In this document: one piece after another, positions 25,021 through 38,962 of the stretch | Layout of the letters: the number at the start of each line of letters is the position of its first letter | Position numbering within the stretch: position 1 is the first letter of the stretch | Assembly (NCBI GenBank): GCA_002269645.1 | Contig: NIVC01001503.1 | Coordinates: 124,001-188,000 of the forward strand | Direction: 5' to 3' | Length of the DNA stretch: 64,000 bases | DNA from: Macrostomum lignano | Lineage: Eukaryota | The notes under the pieces: model-generated | Database searches by the model: none | Told to the model about the DNA's origin: nothing | What the model saw: only the letters and a program-made list of their open reading frames with translations | Translations under genes and position numbers: made by a program

Positions 25021-27139
25021 CTTCTTGATTGATTAGCACTGAGAAATTAAAAATAGTATAAAAAACCAGCATTAGCAACGGGTAGCTTATATACAGATAA
25101 ATTGTAATAGGCTTCTCATACACAATCCTGATTTGAATAGACCCACCTATAGTCTCGTATATCAGAACTAAATTGAGACTGTAACATAATAAATAAGTGA
25201 GTAATTTCATATCAATTTACATTCTCAAAAACGCAGGCTTGTTTATGAGCCTTTATCTTAAAACATCTTATACAAATACGTTACGCGATATATGCGACCA
25301 CGAAGTGTATATCGGCAATACATTCAGCAGTGCAAGTTAAATAAATAGACCAGCAAGCGCTTACCAAAGCTTCAGAAGTATAGGTGAAGGCCAGTGCGGG
25401 CTAACACAGTAAAGGCTCTGCTTCTTCCTAGTGCCGATTCAGACAGTGTATAGAGTCGAGCAATGCTAAACATAGGGCGCAATGGAAAAGCTTTCGGCAG
25501 ATTTTTAGCACTGAGGGCCTTAGAGTGAAAAGTATTGGTTAGAAGCCTATCACGTGATGAAACTGAGGGCCAATAGAAATTCTGATAACGTGATATAACA
25601 AAAAGAAAGTTCATGAAGAGTATAGTTCAAAAATTTTTTTCTTACGCTTTTTTCTGCAATATTAAAAACCTTTTACCCATTTTACTAGTAAAACATAAAA
25701 ACATTGTAATTTCTGAACAACAATTAATTCTTTTTGTTAAAGCGCCAAGAAGTATAACGTTTCAAAAATGATATTTTCATAGAAACGATTTGACTTGGTC
25801 GATTCGCTTTGGTCATTTCGGATGAAAGACTACAGCGGCACGTATATTTGCTCATGCTTCTATTTTGTCCTTCCTATTTAAGAAATAAATTTAATACTCT
25901 CTGGATTTATTATTAGTACGTTTTAGACAACTTTGAACCTGTGTAAAAATTACATCGTTTTTTAACTTTGACATTTTTGCCATGTGAACAAACAAAAATT
26001 AATTAAAGCTATTCAGTGCAAACAAAAATAGATGTACATTATCAATTCTTTGTCAGGTGTTGATCCTTTGGCCTCCATATTTTTTGTTGCTGTAATGAAA
26101 AAATGTGTTAGTACAAGACAATACTATGACCTTTATTTATTTTATACTCTTTTAATACTTTTGAAATAATTTTAAACATAATAGACAATCTAGCTAGCTT
26201 AGCTAGATAAAGTAAGCTAAGTAAAAGTCAATGCATATCATTCATATTAACATCCAAACATAAATTTGTCAATTGTCTTCTTTAATATTTAATGATGCTT
26301 TAGTTTTGTTATTTATATTTTTTATTATAAAGAATGTCTGCATAAATTTATATACAAGATTAGAAATAAGCATGGAAAATAGTTATGTAATAAATAATTT
26401 CAAATGGCATACAATGCCATTCTCTTAACTACAAGTATATTGAGAATATTTTTTCTTTTAATTAGTATGTGAAAATATTTTAATATATACTCTTTTGGTA
26501 TAAACTGCATTTTATTGAGTTGCTAGTCTCTAATAGCTGTTTAATAGCTTTAAGTGCTGCTAAAGATGCATAGATTCAATGTGCCTAAACCAGTGATAAA
26601 ATGATTTATATATATATAAATTATATATATATTTATATATATATATAGCATATATTCAAAAATGCTATAATAATAATAGCATTAGCTATAAAGCATTTTT
26701 AATATGGATTATGCATTTTTAAAATGTGATATAATTTGATAATATTATTTAATATTTATATATTAAATTATTAAATTAAATTATGCTATTATTATTATCA
26801 TCATCAATTTTAGTTGTCTGTTAATGCTTAAAATTAATCCATTAGTGTATGAATAAAACTTTATGAATAAAAGATTTTAAGAATAAAAGACTTTATTTTA
26901 TGAATAAAAGAAGTATGCATAAAGAATACCAATTACTTTAATGTTTTAATTTTTGAAAAATTTTGCTTTTGTCGTATTATTTTTTATTGCAATTACTAAA
27001 AATTTTTCTTTTAAATCACATTGTACCACAGCATTATAAGTTTTACCTTTTGACAATTTGCAGAAGTTAGGAATGTGTCTTGAAACTTCAAAGTTTTGTT
27101 GATAAAAACTTGCATCGTAATTATTGCGACTTGGTTTTA

Positions 27140-28180
27140 CGAGGGTCACTCAGAAAGTATTTAGCCTGAGTAGGATCCACGAGACGTAGAAGCATGAAAT
27201 TTGTCTATGGTAAAGACCAACTTTTAAAAGTATCGCAGCAAAAATTTCAAACAGAAGCAGCCACTTTTGAGTCCACTGCAGCGAGTTAAAGTCAGTTCAC
27301 CCCCCTGAGATCTTCAATTCAACAATGAAGCTGGAAAATCGCGACTTCAGAGCAATGATGTACCTGCACGCCATTATGCACGAACACCTTGGAGTGCGGA
27401 AGCTGGCTTCCCGGTGGATCCCCCATCAGCTGTCGGACGTGCAGAAGGACACCAGGGTGGCTTGGTGCCGATTCATGCTGCAGAAATTCGAATCCGGGAC
27501 CAGCCGGCGTATCTGGGACATCCTCACGGGCGATGAGACCTGGATTTATCAATACGACCCCGAAAGCAAGCGCCAGTCAGCCATGTGGACCTTTGGAGAC
27601 GAGGACAGCCCCACCAAGTTTCGACGCAGCCGGAGTGTCGGCAAGCAGATGGTGGCCTGTTTCTTCATGCGCACTGGGCATGTGGCTTCCGTTTCACTTG
27701 AAGATCGCCAGACAGTCACCGCTGACTGGTACACAACGGTTTGCCTGCCCAAGGTCTTTTCTGCTGTGAGCCAGAGGCGCCCAAGGTGCGGAATGCGTGG
27801 GGTGCTTCTGCACCACGACAACGCCAGCGCGCACACGGCGGCTCAAACTCTGGAGTTTCTGGCTGACTGTGGGGTCCAGCTGATGACTCACCCTGCTTAC
27901 AGTCCAGACCTGGCACCGTGCGACTTTTTTCTGTTTCCGAAGTGCAAGGAGATTCTGAAGGGCCAGGTCTTTTCTTCACCGGAAGAAGCTGTGAATGAGT
28001 TTAAAAACATCATCGAGGAGCTCCGGGATGAGGATTGGCGGCAGTGCTTCGACAGCTGGTTTCACAGGATGCAAGCCTGTATCAATGCCGGTGGAGAGTA
28101 TTTTGAGCACTTGTAGTCGTTTTTTAGTTCATTTGTTGCTGTTTTCGTGTTCAAGCTAAGAACTTTCTGAGTGACCCTCG
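27140..28180 (+). mobile_element. Mariner element, 1041 bp, internally deleted
   Basis: About 30-bp TIRs CGAGGGTCACTCAGAAAGT..TTAGC.TGA; TA TSD at 27138-39 and 28181-82; shorter than the typical 1.3 kb. Confidence 0.95.
27325..28116 (+). CDS. Mariner transposase DD34D with in-frame N-terminal deletion, 263 aa
   Basis: WIPHQL, TGDETW, HHDNASAH and YSPDLAPCD (34 spacing); only about 12 residues precede the LHAIMHEHLG end of the second HTH. Confidence 0.9.
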   Translation: MKLENRDFRAMMYLHAIMHEHLGVRKLASRWIPHQLSDVQKDTRVAWCRFMLQKFESGTSRRIWDILTGDETWIYQYDPESKRQSAMWTFGDEDSPTKFRRSRSVGKQMVACFFMRTGHVASVSLEDRQTVTADWYTTVCLPKVFSAVSQRRPRCGMRGVLLHHDNASAHTAAQTLEFLADCGVQLMTHPAYSPDLAPCDFFLFPKCKEILKGQVFSSPEEAVNEFKNIIEELRDEDWRQCFDSWFHRMQACINAGGEYFEHL

Positions 28181-30486
28181 TAAGAAGGGAAATTGTCTAA
28201 TTCAACTCCTTCGTGTTTAGTAATTTCATAAGCACACTAACCTACTGTAAGTAGCTGAGCTATCTGGTTCAGTTATTTTTAAAATACTTAAAAATAAATT
28301 TGATAGTTTTTGCATCTCGTGATCAGCTCCAATTGCAGACTTTTCTACCTGTTTTGAAGCCTTCCAACTTACGAATGGGAAAGTAGTGAAGAATCCACAC
28401 ACTAATCACAAGAATCTTTGAGAAATTTCTGCCTAGTGGCTCCAAAAGCAGCCCCAGGCTTGATAAATAACAGGCTGTTTTTTGTTTCCCGTTACAGCGG
28501 TCCCTTCGATCGCCCCCCGTCGCTTTGCTGCTAATGAGAGGCGAGATTGCGGCGAGAAGAGGAGCACCATTCGGTTAAGCCTTCGGGAAGCTCCTTTCAG
28601 CCTTGTGTTTCCCCTGTTCCCGGCAGCGGTGGGGCGTGTCCCGCGCCTTTTTTGGACGTGCCGCCGCAACCGATGGCGAGCAGAACAGGGGGGAAAAATG
28701 AGTAGCAGCTCCAAGCGCGCCGCTCTCGGGGCAACCCCTGTGGCTCATTAACAGCGCCACTCGCTCGCGGTGTCTCGTTTTTCTTTCACACCTCCGGCTT
28801 CTCTTCTTCCCAAGGCCGGCTCTGGGCTCTGGCTTTAGCCGCATTAGCTTAATTAAACTTCCTTCTCTGGTCCCGAACCGGATGCGCCTGGCGAGCTTGA
28901 TTGGGAATGGGAAATATTAAGAGACGCCCCGGTCGGGATGCTCGCCCTGCTCTGCGTTCTCAATTTCTTCCAGAAGCAATCTTTCCTCTGTTCCTTTTGG
29001 AAGTAAATCAGCCAATGCTGCTTTTACCTTTTGAGAGTAGACCATCTTCTGCGAGGTGTCAGCCTCAAAGGACCTTTTTAGCAATATTTACGAGTGTATT
29101 GGAATGGCACAACACTGTATTAGCTATTTGTATTAGTTTGCACGTACTTCAACGAGTGGCATGAATCCTGAAACAATGTCCATTCCATGCACCCCGGTAA
29201 TGCTCAGTCAACAGGTGACCTCATGTACGAGCTGTATCGAACCAATGTCGTGTACTCGTATATATAAATGTACATCGCAGAAAGTAATACGTAAAGTAAT
29301 ATACAATAATTATTGCTGCTGAATTCCTTAATATATTGGTTCAATTGCATGTTACAAAACTCGCTATATCAGTTGCCCCGTCGGCTGTTGAGAAACGAGC
29401 AGCGATATGCTTTGCCTCGGACCCTCCAACTCATGGAGCGGCAATTTCCATCAAACTGCATGGGGCGGCGGGGGGCGCCCACAAAGAAACGCCTCACCCG
29501 TCTAGAGTTTCACAGGCAAATGAGCACAAACGGAGACTGAAAGTAGGGCCATTCGAATCCTTTGTTTAACTGACGATCAGCAGGAATAGAAATTGAAGGT
29601 TCCCTTCATCTTTTGCTTCCCAGTGCTTCTGTCGCTTTTGCCTGCAGAAGGCTAAACACGCAGACAATGGACGGTTTCTGGCCGAGAGGCTGTTGGCTCG
29701 TTAGCTCGGCCGCTTTTCCAGGGGCTCCAGAAAAAAAGATCTCCCTGTGTGTTTTTTCGCCGTTTGCGTCTCTGTCATTTTCGGCCGGCCCCCAATTTGC
29801 TGCTTCAGTCCTGAGCTGCTCACTGCATCTTTATCCGGTCGCGAGGGTAATTAAGGGGCATAGCCGCCCATCTGCTTTCCATTGATACCGCCGCTCTCTA
29901 CTCTACTCTGCCAGCCAGCAGCGTTGCAAGACTTGACTGCTTGTTTTGTTTATAACTGTGCACGGGCTGCAGCTTTTGCAGTTTTTGGCGTATCGCAGAT
30001 TCGTGTCTGTTAAGTTCAGTTTTCATTGAACTCCTCATTTTTTTACTAATTATTGCTCCCATATTTTGCTGGATGTCTCCCTGTGCCCGCTAACCGCAAG
30101 GAGGTGCTCAGCATCTTTAGGTTTGTTCACAGTTGCCATTAAATGAAATCAATTTTTTCTGCGATCATATATGGGCCTGCAAATCAGTTTTGTGATTCAA
30201 TTTGATGACTCTATTGATGATGCTTTTTAACTAGCCTCGAACTCCGTTAGTGGCGAAATAGTTTTCGTTAATACAAAACATCCTACCGGTAGATCGTTAA
30301 ATACTAAGCGTTTTATTGGTAGCTTTAACTTTAAAGTCCCTGATAATTTTTTACGCTTTTATTAGGACTCAAGACCACTGCTGCGCCCTTGTTGAACCAT
30401 TTTCATTCTATTTATTAATTTCACCAAAAATATAAGGTCGGCCATGTAGGATTTGCAAAGACATGGCGCCCCCTTCACAGGATCTT

Positions 30487-30988
30487 TGGCGGTGCCCCTG
30501 TCTCCAGGTGGCCGTCCCTGTCTCCTAGGTGAGCACCCATATCTCCAAGGTGGGCACCCCTGTCTCCTAGATGGGCGCACCTGTCTCCTAGATGGGCGCC
30601 CCTGTCTCCTAGGTGGGCGCCCCTGTCTCCAGGTGGCCGTCCCTGTCTCCTAGGTGAGCACCCTGTCTCCTAGGTGAGCACCCATATCTCCTAGGTGGGC
30701 GCCCCTGTCTCCTAGGTGGGCGCCCCTGTCTCCTAGGTGGGCGCCCCTGTCTCCTAGGTGGGCGCCCCTGTCTCCTAGGTGGGCGCCCCTGTCTCCTAGG
30801 TGGGCGCCCCTGTCTCCTAGGTGGGCGCCCCTGTCTCCTAGGTGGGCGCCCCTGTCTCCTAGGTGGGCGCCCCTGTCTCCAGATGGGCGCCCCTGTCTCC
30901 TAGGTGGGCGCCCCTGTCTCCTAGGTGGGCGCCCCTGTCTCCTAGGTGGGCGCCCCTGTCTCCTAGGTGGGCGCCCCTATTTCCTAGG
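30487..30988. repeat. 21-bp minisatellite CTGTCTCCTAGGTGGGCGCCC
   Basis: Read directly. Confidence 0.95.
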
Positions 30989-32573
30989 TTTTCTTCTCAC
31001 TTTCTTAAGCATGCGAGCTGCTCGCAAGTGTTTAACGAATGAATACTTTTGTTAATCGATAGAAATTTGACCTTAACACCAGAGTTTAATCAGGTCGCCA
31101 CCGACAACTTAAACATCATGTACTCTTTGACTCGAGATCGAAAGCTATATGACTTTGTGGAAGATGATCAAGTCACTTCGGTCGAATTAATTTGCTCCTT
31201 ATGCTTTCAAAGCGCCAATCCTGGCAGAATTCGTGTCTCAAATTTTCATTCTTAAGCAGCTGCTCATAGCTACCTGCATTCCCCAATCCTCATTCGGAGC
31301 AAAGTGATGTGACAAGCAGGAAGGCGGGGAGGGGGAGCACTAAGCCCTGCACGCCACTTCGTTTCTCTTGGGCTGGAGCCCCGTCCTCCCGCTTTCTGAT
31401 CGAATTACTCGCATCTCCGGACTAGCGGCTCCGGCGCGAATGGCAGGCAGGTGACTCGAATGCGCACCCCCCCCCCACCGCTGCCGCTACTCACTAAGCC
31501 CCGCTGGCTGCTGGAGAATAAGAAAATATAAGCGAGACAAATTTGAAAATGGTCTGTGCGCCGCCCGCCCGGCCTGGACTCGGAGGGGTCTAGTCTCCGC
31601 TCCGACAAGAAAATCGGTGTCTCTTTCTTCTTCTCCAGCTTCTTGTCCTGCTAAGCTCCTTCCGTGTGGACCCGGAGCCCGCCCTGCCCCTCCCCAGGCC
31701 TGGAGAAAGGCAATTTTCTCGTCATCTTTGTCTGCTTGGCTATTTCTGCTCCTCATCCATCCTGGCAGCTCAGCTTCGCCCCTCCCCCCTCCCAGCTACA
31801 TCTCCTAGGCCCGGAAATTGGTGCGGACTGCTTTGGCTGGTATCTCTGCCTCCTTGTCCTGCTGCCATCAAGCCGCGAGCGCCTCCTTCCTCTCGACAAG
31901 GCGGACACGGCAGGAAGGCGGACAGGTCGAGTCTCGAGTCGCTCGGATCCTCGCAGGCTACTGGATGCTCATGGAGCATTTGGGGCGGCTGCTGCAGGTG
32001 GGCAGCCGGTGGGAGAATGGGATGATAGGATGACAAAAAATAGGCCCAGGTCATGCAACGCCGAGCCCTGCTATTAGCCATCCCCCAGCATCGGGGAATC
32101 ACAGGGGTGAAGGCTGCGTTATTAATGCTCGCCGGCTTTGCTGGAAAACTTTTCCACCGCTCAATCTTTCTTCTCCCACCCCCCCCTGTCGCCGCTTTCC
32201 CTTTCATTTCTAATAGGCGGGGAGGAGCAGACAGAATACAGATGCAAGGCTGGGCCTGCTCCGCCCGCAGTCTCCATTTTGCTTCGCAGCGGGCTGCATG
32301 AGCTCCCCGGCGCGGGGCCTTAATTTTTCTCCCGCATGCTCCCCGCCCCTTCGGCCGGTCCGGGCTGAGTTGCAAACCGCCACCTGCGGCAGCTCGCGGA
32401 GGATGGGATGGGTGGCCAGCGCACCTGCAGCCTCGGTGTAGTGTGGGGGAGGGAGGCCACCCCAGCATGGCCACTGCAAACCGAATACTGACTGACTCCT
32501 CATCTGCTGGAGAAATAGAAGTTTTTCTGTCGGTTTGTTCGCCAAAATATTGGGGCTTCATTCGGTCCCGGAG

Positions 32574-32613
<40 letters not shown>

Positions 32614-33424
32614 CCTCTCTCTCTTTCTCTCGTTTGTGGCCTCGGACTCCGAGCGAGCGTTTCGGCTTGATTAAAAATCACTTTGAAACCTGCTTTAGGA
32701 ATAGGCAGCTACTACCTGGGGGATTGTAGCGGTTTGTCTGTGTCTGTGTGAGGCCTGATATTGCCTGTCTGACTCTCCGCTGCTGTCTTCAGTCGGTTCG
32801 TTCTTATATTTTTTACTATCCCCGTCTTCTGATGCCCTCAAATCCGAGCCCCAATCTTGCCGAGGCATCACGCCAGCTTCTGCTTGGGGTAGGAGACCCA
32901 CCTATGCCTACCTGGGTTTCATCCACCTGTTTCCTCTCATCTTTTGGTGGAAAAAAACGATACGGGGAATGATGGAGGGAGGGGAAGGAAAGAGCTCAAG
33001 GGGATAAAGACGAGAGTTAGAGGGAAAACGAAACGGAGAATCGTTTGTGATATTTTGCCTCCTTGATTTTCGCTTTGTCCCGCTCGAGATTCGAATCGTG
33101 GGGTGGGGCGATCGGCCCGGCGGCTGAAACACAGGGCCGGGCTGAAGACCTGCAACTCAAGGGTGACTCCAGAATAGCGTGCCGGCTACGGCATTTCAGG
33201 GGTGAGGCAGGCTCGGATTAAGGAATTCTGAGTTCGAACTCGGACAGGTGGAGCTGCTGCTGGTCGGGGGAGGGGGAATAATTGAAGCCAGGAGCGTTGA
33301 ATCAGAAAATTCCCGCCATGGCTTCTTAAAGCTGGGCCGAGGCCTTGGGGCAAAGTTTGCAATCTAATTTCTATCACTTACTCTTTCTACCAATATTTCA
33401 CTCCGAATCTTTCTTATCCCTTGG

Positions 33425-35310
33425 ATCCGCTCTGAATCCCTCTTTCCCCCGCTCTGAATCTCTCTATTCCCGTCTGAATCTCTCTATTCCCGCTCTGAAT
33501 CTCTATTCCCGCTCTGAATCTCTCTATTCCCCGCTCTGAATCTCTCTATCCCCGCTCTGAATCTCTCTATTCCCCGCTCTGAATCCCTCTATCCCCGCTC
33601 TGAATCTCTCTATTCCCGCTCTGAATCTCTCTATTCTTCGCTCTGAATCTCTTTCCCCGCTCTGAATCTCTCTATTCCCGCTCTGAATCTCTCTATTCCC
33701 CGCTCTGAATCTCTCTATTCCCGCCCTGAATCTCTCTATTCCCGCTCTGAATCTCTCTATTCCCGCTCTGAATTTCTCTATTCCCGCTCTGAATCTCTCT
33801 ATTCCCGCTCTGAATCTCTCTATTCCCGCTCTGAATCTCTCTATTCCCGCTCTGAATCTCTCTATTCCCCGCTCTGAATCTCTCTATTCCCCGCTCTGAA
33901 TCTCTCTATTCCCGCCCTGAATCTCTCTATTCCCGCTCTGAATCTCTCTATTCCCGCTCTGAATTCTCTATTCCGCTCTGAATCTCTCTATTCCCGCTCT
34001 GAATCTCTCTATTCCCGCTCTGAATCTCTCTATTCCCGCTCTGAATCTCTCTATTCCCGCTCTGAATCCTCTTTCCCCGCTCTGAATCTCTCTATTCCCG
34101 CTCTGAATCTCTCTATTCCCGCTCTGAATCTCTCTATTCCCGCTCTGAATCTCTCTATTCCCCGCTCTGAATCCCTCTTTCCCCCGCTCTGAATCTCTCT
34201 ATTCCCCGCTCTGAATCTCTCTATTCCCGCTCTGAATCTCTCAATTGCGGCTCTGAATCTCTCTATTCCCCGCTCTGAATCTCTCTATTCCCGCTCTGAA
34301 TCTCTCTATTACCGCTCTGAATCTCTCTATTCCCCGCTCTGAATCCCTCTTTCCCCCGCTCTGAATCTCTCTATTCCCTGCTCTGAATCTCTCTATCCCC
34401 GCTCTGAATCTCTCTATTCCCCGCTCTGAATCCCTCTTTCCCCCGCTCTGAATCTCTCTATTCCCCGCTCTGAATCTCTCTATTCCCCGCTCTGAATCTC
34501 TCTATTCCTTGCTCTGAATCCCTTTCCCCCGCTCTGAATCTCTCTATTACCGCTCTGAATCTCTCTATTCCCCGCTCTGAATCTCTCTATTCCTTGCTCT
34601 GAATCCCTTTCCCCCGCTCTGAATCTCTCTATTACCGCTCTGAATCTCTCTATTCCCCGCTCTGAATCCCTCTTTCCCCCGCTCTGAATCTCTCTATTCC
34701 CGCTCTGAATCTCTCTATTCCCGCTCTGAATCTCTCTATTCCCGCTCTGAATCTCTCTATTCCCGCTCTGAATCTCTCTATTCCCGCTCTGAATCTCTCT
34801 ATTCCTTGCTCTGAATCCCTTTCCCCCGCTCTGAATCTCTCTATTCCCCGCTCTGAATCTCTCTATTCCCGCTCTGAATCTCTCTATTCCCCGCTCTGAA
34901 TCTTTCCATTCCCGCTCTGAATCTCTCTATTCCCACTCTGAATCTCTCTATTCCCGCCCTGAATCTCTCTATTACCGCTCTGAATCTCTCTATTCCCCGC
35001 TCTGAATCCCTCTTTCCCCCGCTCTGAATCTCTCTATTCCCTGCTCTGAATCTCTCTATCCCCGCTCTGAATCTCTCTATTCCCCGCTCTGAATCCCTCT
35101 TTCCCCCGCTCTGAATCTCTCTATTCCCCGCTCTGAATCTCTCTATTCCCCGCTCTGAATCTCTCTATTCCCCGCTCTGAATCTCTCTATTCCCCGCTCT
35201 GAATCTCTCTATTCCCCGCTCTGAATCTCTCTATTCCCCGCTCTGAATTTCTCTATTCCCCGCTCTGAATCTCTCTATTACCCGCTCTGAATATTTTCAT
35301 TCCCGCTCTG
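33425..35310. repeat. About 21-22-bp minisatellite CCCGCTCTGAATCTCTCTATT
   Basis: Read directly. Confidence 0.97.
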
Positions 35311-37404
35311 AGCTCCTTTTCTTGCTAAAGCCACCAGTTCACATTTTTAAAGAGCTTCAATGCACACTTTCGAGTTATTTATGCGGATTTTTATCAGGAA
35401 GAATATTTATCAGACAAGAAATGTGCCCGTTAATTTAGCTTTATCGACGCAGGCAAACGTACATAACAACATTAACAGGTATGACGCACTGGAAGGCTTG
35501 GTTACGCCAATCCGGAAATAAGCGGCAGTCTATAACGAGCTAAAACGTTTTTGAGTTGCAGAGTTTTCGAACAGAAGGCGGGCGCGGGCCCTGTAGGTTC
35601 CGCTAATGGTGCCCCAGCATGCCTGGGCAGGGTCCGGCGACCCCACCCACCGCGATCGTGCCAGCCCAGGGCCAGGCGGCAGCAGGAGCTATGCGGGGTG
35701 GGGGGATTTCACGGCCGGGCGAGTTCGCCGGGAGCCTTCTGGCCGGGAGATAATGACCGAGCCCAGGCAGCAGAGGGGCTCTTTAATCAAATGCGAGTTC
35801 ACTCCCGAGCGGGCCCTGTCCCTCCCACCCTGCTCCGGGCAGATAAAACCTGCCAACTGTATGGATTAAGCCCGAGGTGAGAAGGTCTTCTTATAACCTC
35901 CATCCTTCCTCGTCTACCTTCCAGCCTCCGTTGCTGCCGCTACCGCTGCTTGCAAGTTTTTTAATTCCAACTTAATCCCTGGAGCTGAGACAACTGCTTT
36001 GCAGATACACACTGGCCAGCGGGTGGGGATTTGGTCTTGGGGGATGATTTGCGCGCTAATCTTCTATACCAGGCTGTTCTCAGATTCAACACCAGGATGT
36101 TTTCTCTCCCGCAGCTCGGGAGGAAATAGAATTTTAATTTATATATTTTTGGATGCTTTCTTAATCTAACGTTGATTCCAGGCCAGATCGTGTCGTGTCG
36201 GTTTCTAACATTTTAGGGTGTCCGAGCACAGATGCGCAACCTCGATTTATTCAACCCAGCCGTCTGTAGATTTATAATTGGCGAATTCCCTTTCAATCGG
36301 CGACTTTGGCTTTTGACCATAGACAGTAAAATTACATAAGCATGGCAGAGGCAGAGCTAGGCTAAGTATAGAAGTCCATGGACTACCTCGCCAAGCATGC
36401 ACTTTATGAGTTAGCGAGTTTTGTCTATGGCCTAAAGCCAAACTCCCGACTGTCTACGCTCAATATTCACTAATCAGTAAAGCCTAATTTTCTACAATTT
36501 ACGAGCTATTTGGTGATTCAGGTGAACAACTATGGTTACGGTGGTCTGTAAATTTGCAACCAAAACTTATATAATATGTTTATTAAAACTTAGTGGTGTA
36601 AGCAAGCCACTAGGTTATGTTCCAACATGAACCCAAATCTCTAACCCTTTACATTTCCAGTTTATATAGAAATCAGAGAGGTGACATTACAGAAATAAAT
36701 ACAGTTTAGAGAGTGCGCTTACTGTAAGCTTGTTATAACAGGAGCAGCGCATGATAGACAACCTATATTGGCTGCCACCTTTACTTCTTTGCTTCTAATT
36801 GGGTCAAAGGCGGACCCGAGTCGGCTTGAGAACAAAGCTGAGATTTGGCCCAGCAGGTAGGGCAGTCAGGGATTTCACGCTCGACTAGAGGGATAAGTGT
36901 CTAGCTGACCCAGCTGGGTGGACTGTGTCATCTCTGTGCTCAGTTGCCGCCAATGGCGCCGGAGACCGCACTCAACACTCAGCTTATAGACACCCTTATT
37001 GTAGGAGAAGGTGGCATTAGGCTAATTAGCTGAGCTTCAAGGGTTAGAAGCGGGGGTTAGAGAGGGTTAGGAAGCCGAGGCTTTTGACTTCACACTTTTC
37101 CATTTTCTCTTTGGCGGGGATTTCTTGCGGAATTCACCCACGGCAACCACCAGCACAGTTCCCTGAGTAGCACAACTCAATAAAGTCACTCAAAATGTGT
37201 GTTATCACATCCCATTGATAGTGTCAAAGCTTGATAAATTCTTGGCTTGTAGTACCGAATCTGCATCAACATGACTGCTTGTCATGCATACTCATGTATA
37301 TGCATGTGAACCCATTGTTAGCCTGACTGTCTCCGTTTCTTTTCTTTAATAATGTCTAATGTCCGTGTCAACAATCACTTCGTGATTGAATACGCAACAT
37401 CGCC

Positions 37405-37962
37405 GGCTGGAGGTCGATTGTCATCTAGATTTTACCTGCCGGCTTGAGGTCGATTGTCATCTAGATTTTACCTGCCGGCTGGAGGTCGATTGTCATCTAG
37501 ATTTTACCTGCCGGCTGGAGGTCGATTGTCATCTAGATTTTACCTGCCGGCTGGAGGTCGATTGTCATCTAGATTTTACCTGCCGGCTGGAGGTCGATTG
37601 TCATCTAGATTTTACCTGCCCGCTGGAGGTCGGTCGATTGTCATCTAGATTTTACCTGCCCGCTGGAGGTCGATTGTCATCTAGATTTTACCTGGTGGCT
37701 GGAGGTCGATCGATTGTCATCTAGATTTTACCTGGTGGCTGGAGGTCGGTCGATTGTCATCTAGATTTTACCTGGTGGCTGGAGGTCGGTCGATTGTCAT
37801 CTAGATTTTACCTACCCGCTTGAGGTCGGTTGTCATCTAGATTTTACCTGCCCGCTTGAGGTCGATTGTCATCTAGATTTTACCTGCCCGCATGAGGTCG
37901 ATTGTCATCTAGATTTTACCTGCCCGCTTGAGGTCGATTGTCATCTAGATTTTACCTGGTGG
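37405..37962. repeat. 36-bp minisatellite GGCTGGAGGTCGATTGTCATCTAGATTTTACCTGCC
   Basis: Read directly; some units have a 4-bp duplication. Confidence 0.95.
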
Positions 37963-38595
37963 CTTCCACTCCAAGCGCTATAACAGTAAGGAGTCCTTGG
38001 TCTCAATAAGTCTAGGAGCCCGAGTTTGGAAGGCTTCGAATGATTGACACAGGCGCAGACTCGGTTTGGAGAGAGGCCGAGTGCGGGGCATTGGTTTCCT
38101 GCTACGCCGCTTTGTTGTGCGGCTTCAGTTCTCCTGCAGTTCGAGCGGGGGAGTTGGGAGCGAGTGGCGGCCAGAGATTCTGAGGGCGAGGGGCTTTTCA
38201 GAGCGCAACGGGAACTGGCTGCTCCGGCTCTTTAGATGGAGATTTTTTGGTTGAAAGCGAATTTTGCCACCAGCAGATCTTTTTGGTCCGCTTATCAATA
38301 GCGCTAAACAAACTCGTTCACAGACTGCACCAACAGGCTGGCTTCCGCCAGGGAGAGCTGCTTGAAAGGTGGAGAAAGTGAAGTGGTGGAGAATCCATGA
38401 CGGACGGGGAATAGAGATGAAGTTTGGTTTGGGAGGCTGGATTTTAACATGTGCCCATCAAAATTAGCCATTTAGAAACCTTAGCAAAATCAATTTTTAC
38501 TATATACTACCTAAGGTACATACGAGACATGAAGAGTTCTGGCTTTGGCTGTGTTTTGGCGATTATAATCAACTGTGCTCATTTCACTTGGCTCC

Positions 38596-38962
38596 ATGAC
38601 CATCGGCACCCATGACTCTCGGCAGCCATGACCATCGCTACCTATGACCATCGGCAACCATGACCATCGCTACCTATGACCATCGGCAACCATGACCATC
38701 GCTACCTATGACCCTCGGCCCCCATGACCATCGCTACCTATGACCATCGGCCCCCATGACCATCGCTACCTATGACCATCGGCCCCCATGACCATCGCTG
38801 CCTATGACCCTCGGCCCCCATGACCATCGCTACCTATGACCATCGGCAACCATGACCATCGCTGCCTATGACCATTGGCCCCCATGGCCAACGCTACCTA
38901 TGACCATCGGCCCCCATGACCATCGCTACCTATGACCATCGGCAGCCATGACCATCGGCAAC
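38596..38962. repeat. 16/32-bp dimeric minisatellite CATGACCATCGCTACCTATGACCATCGGCCCC
   Basis: Read directly. Confidence 0.93.

Noticed and set aside
31770-32681. 303-aa minus-strand ORF
   Set aside because: Runs through a (GA)n microsatellite; GC-rich chance ORF with no recognisable domain.
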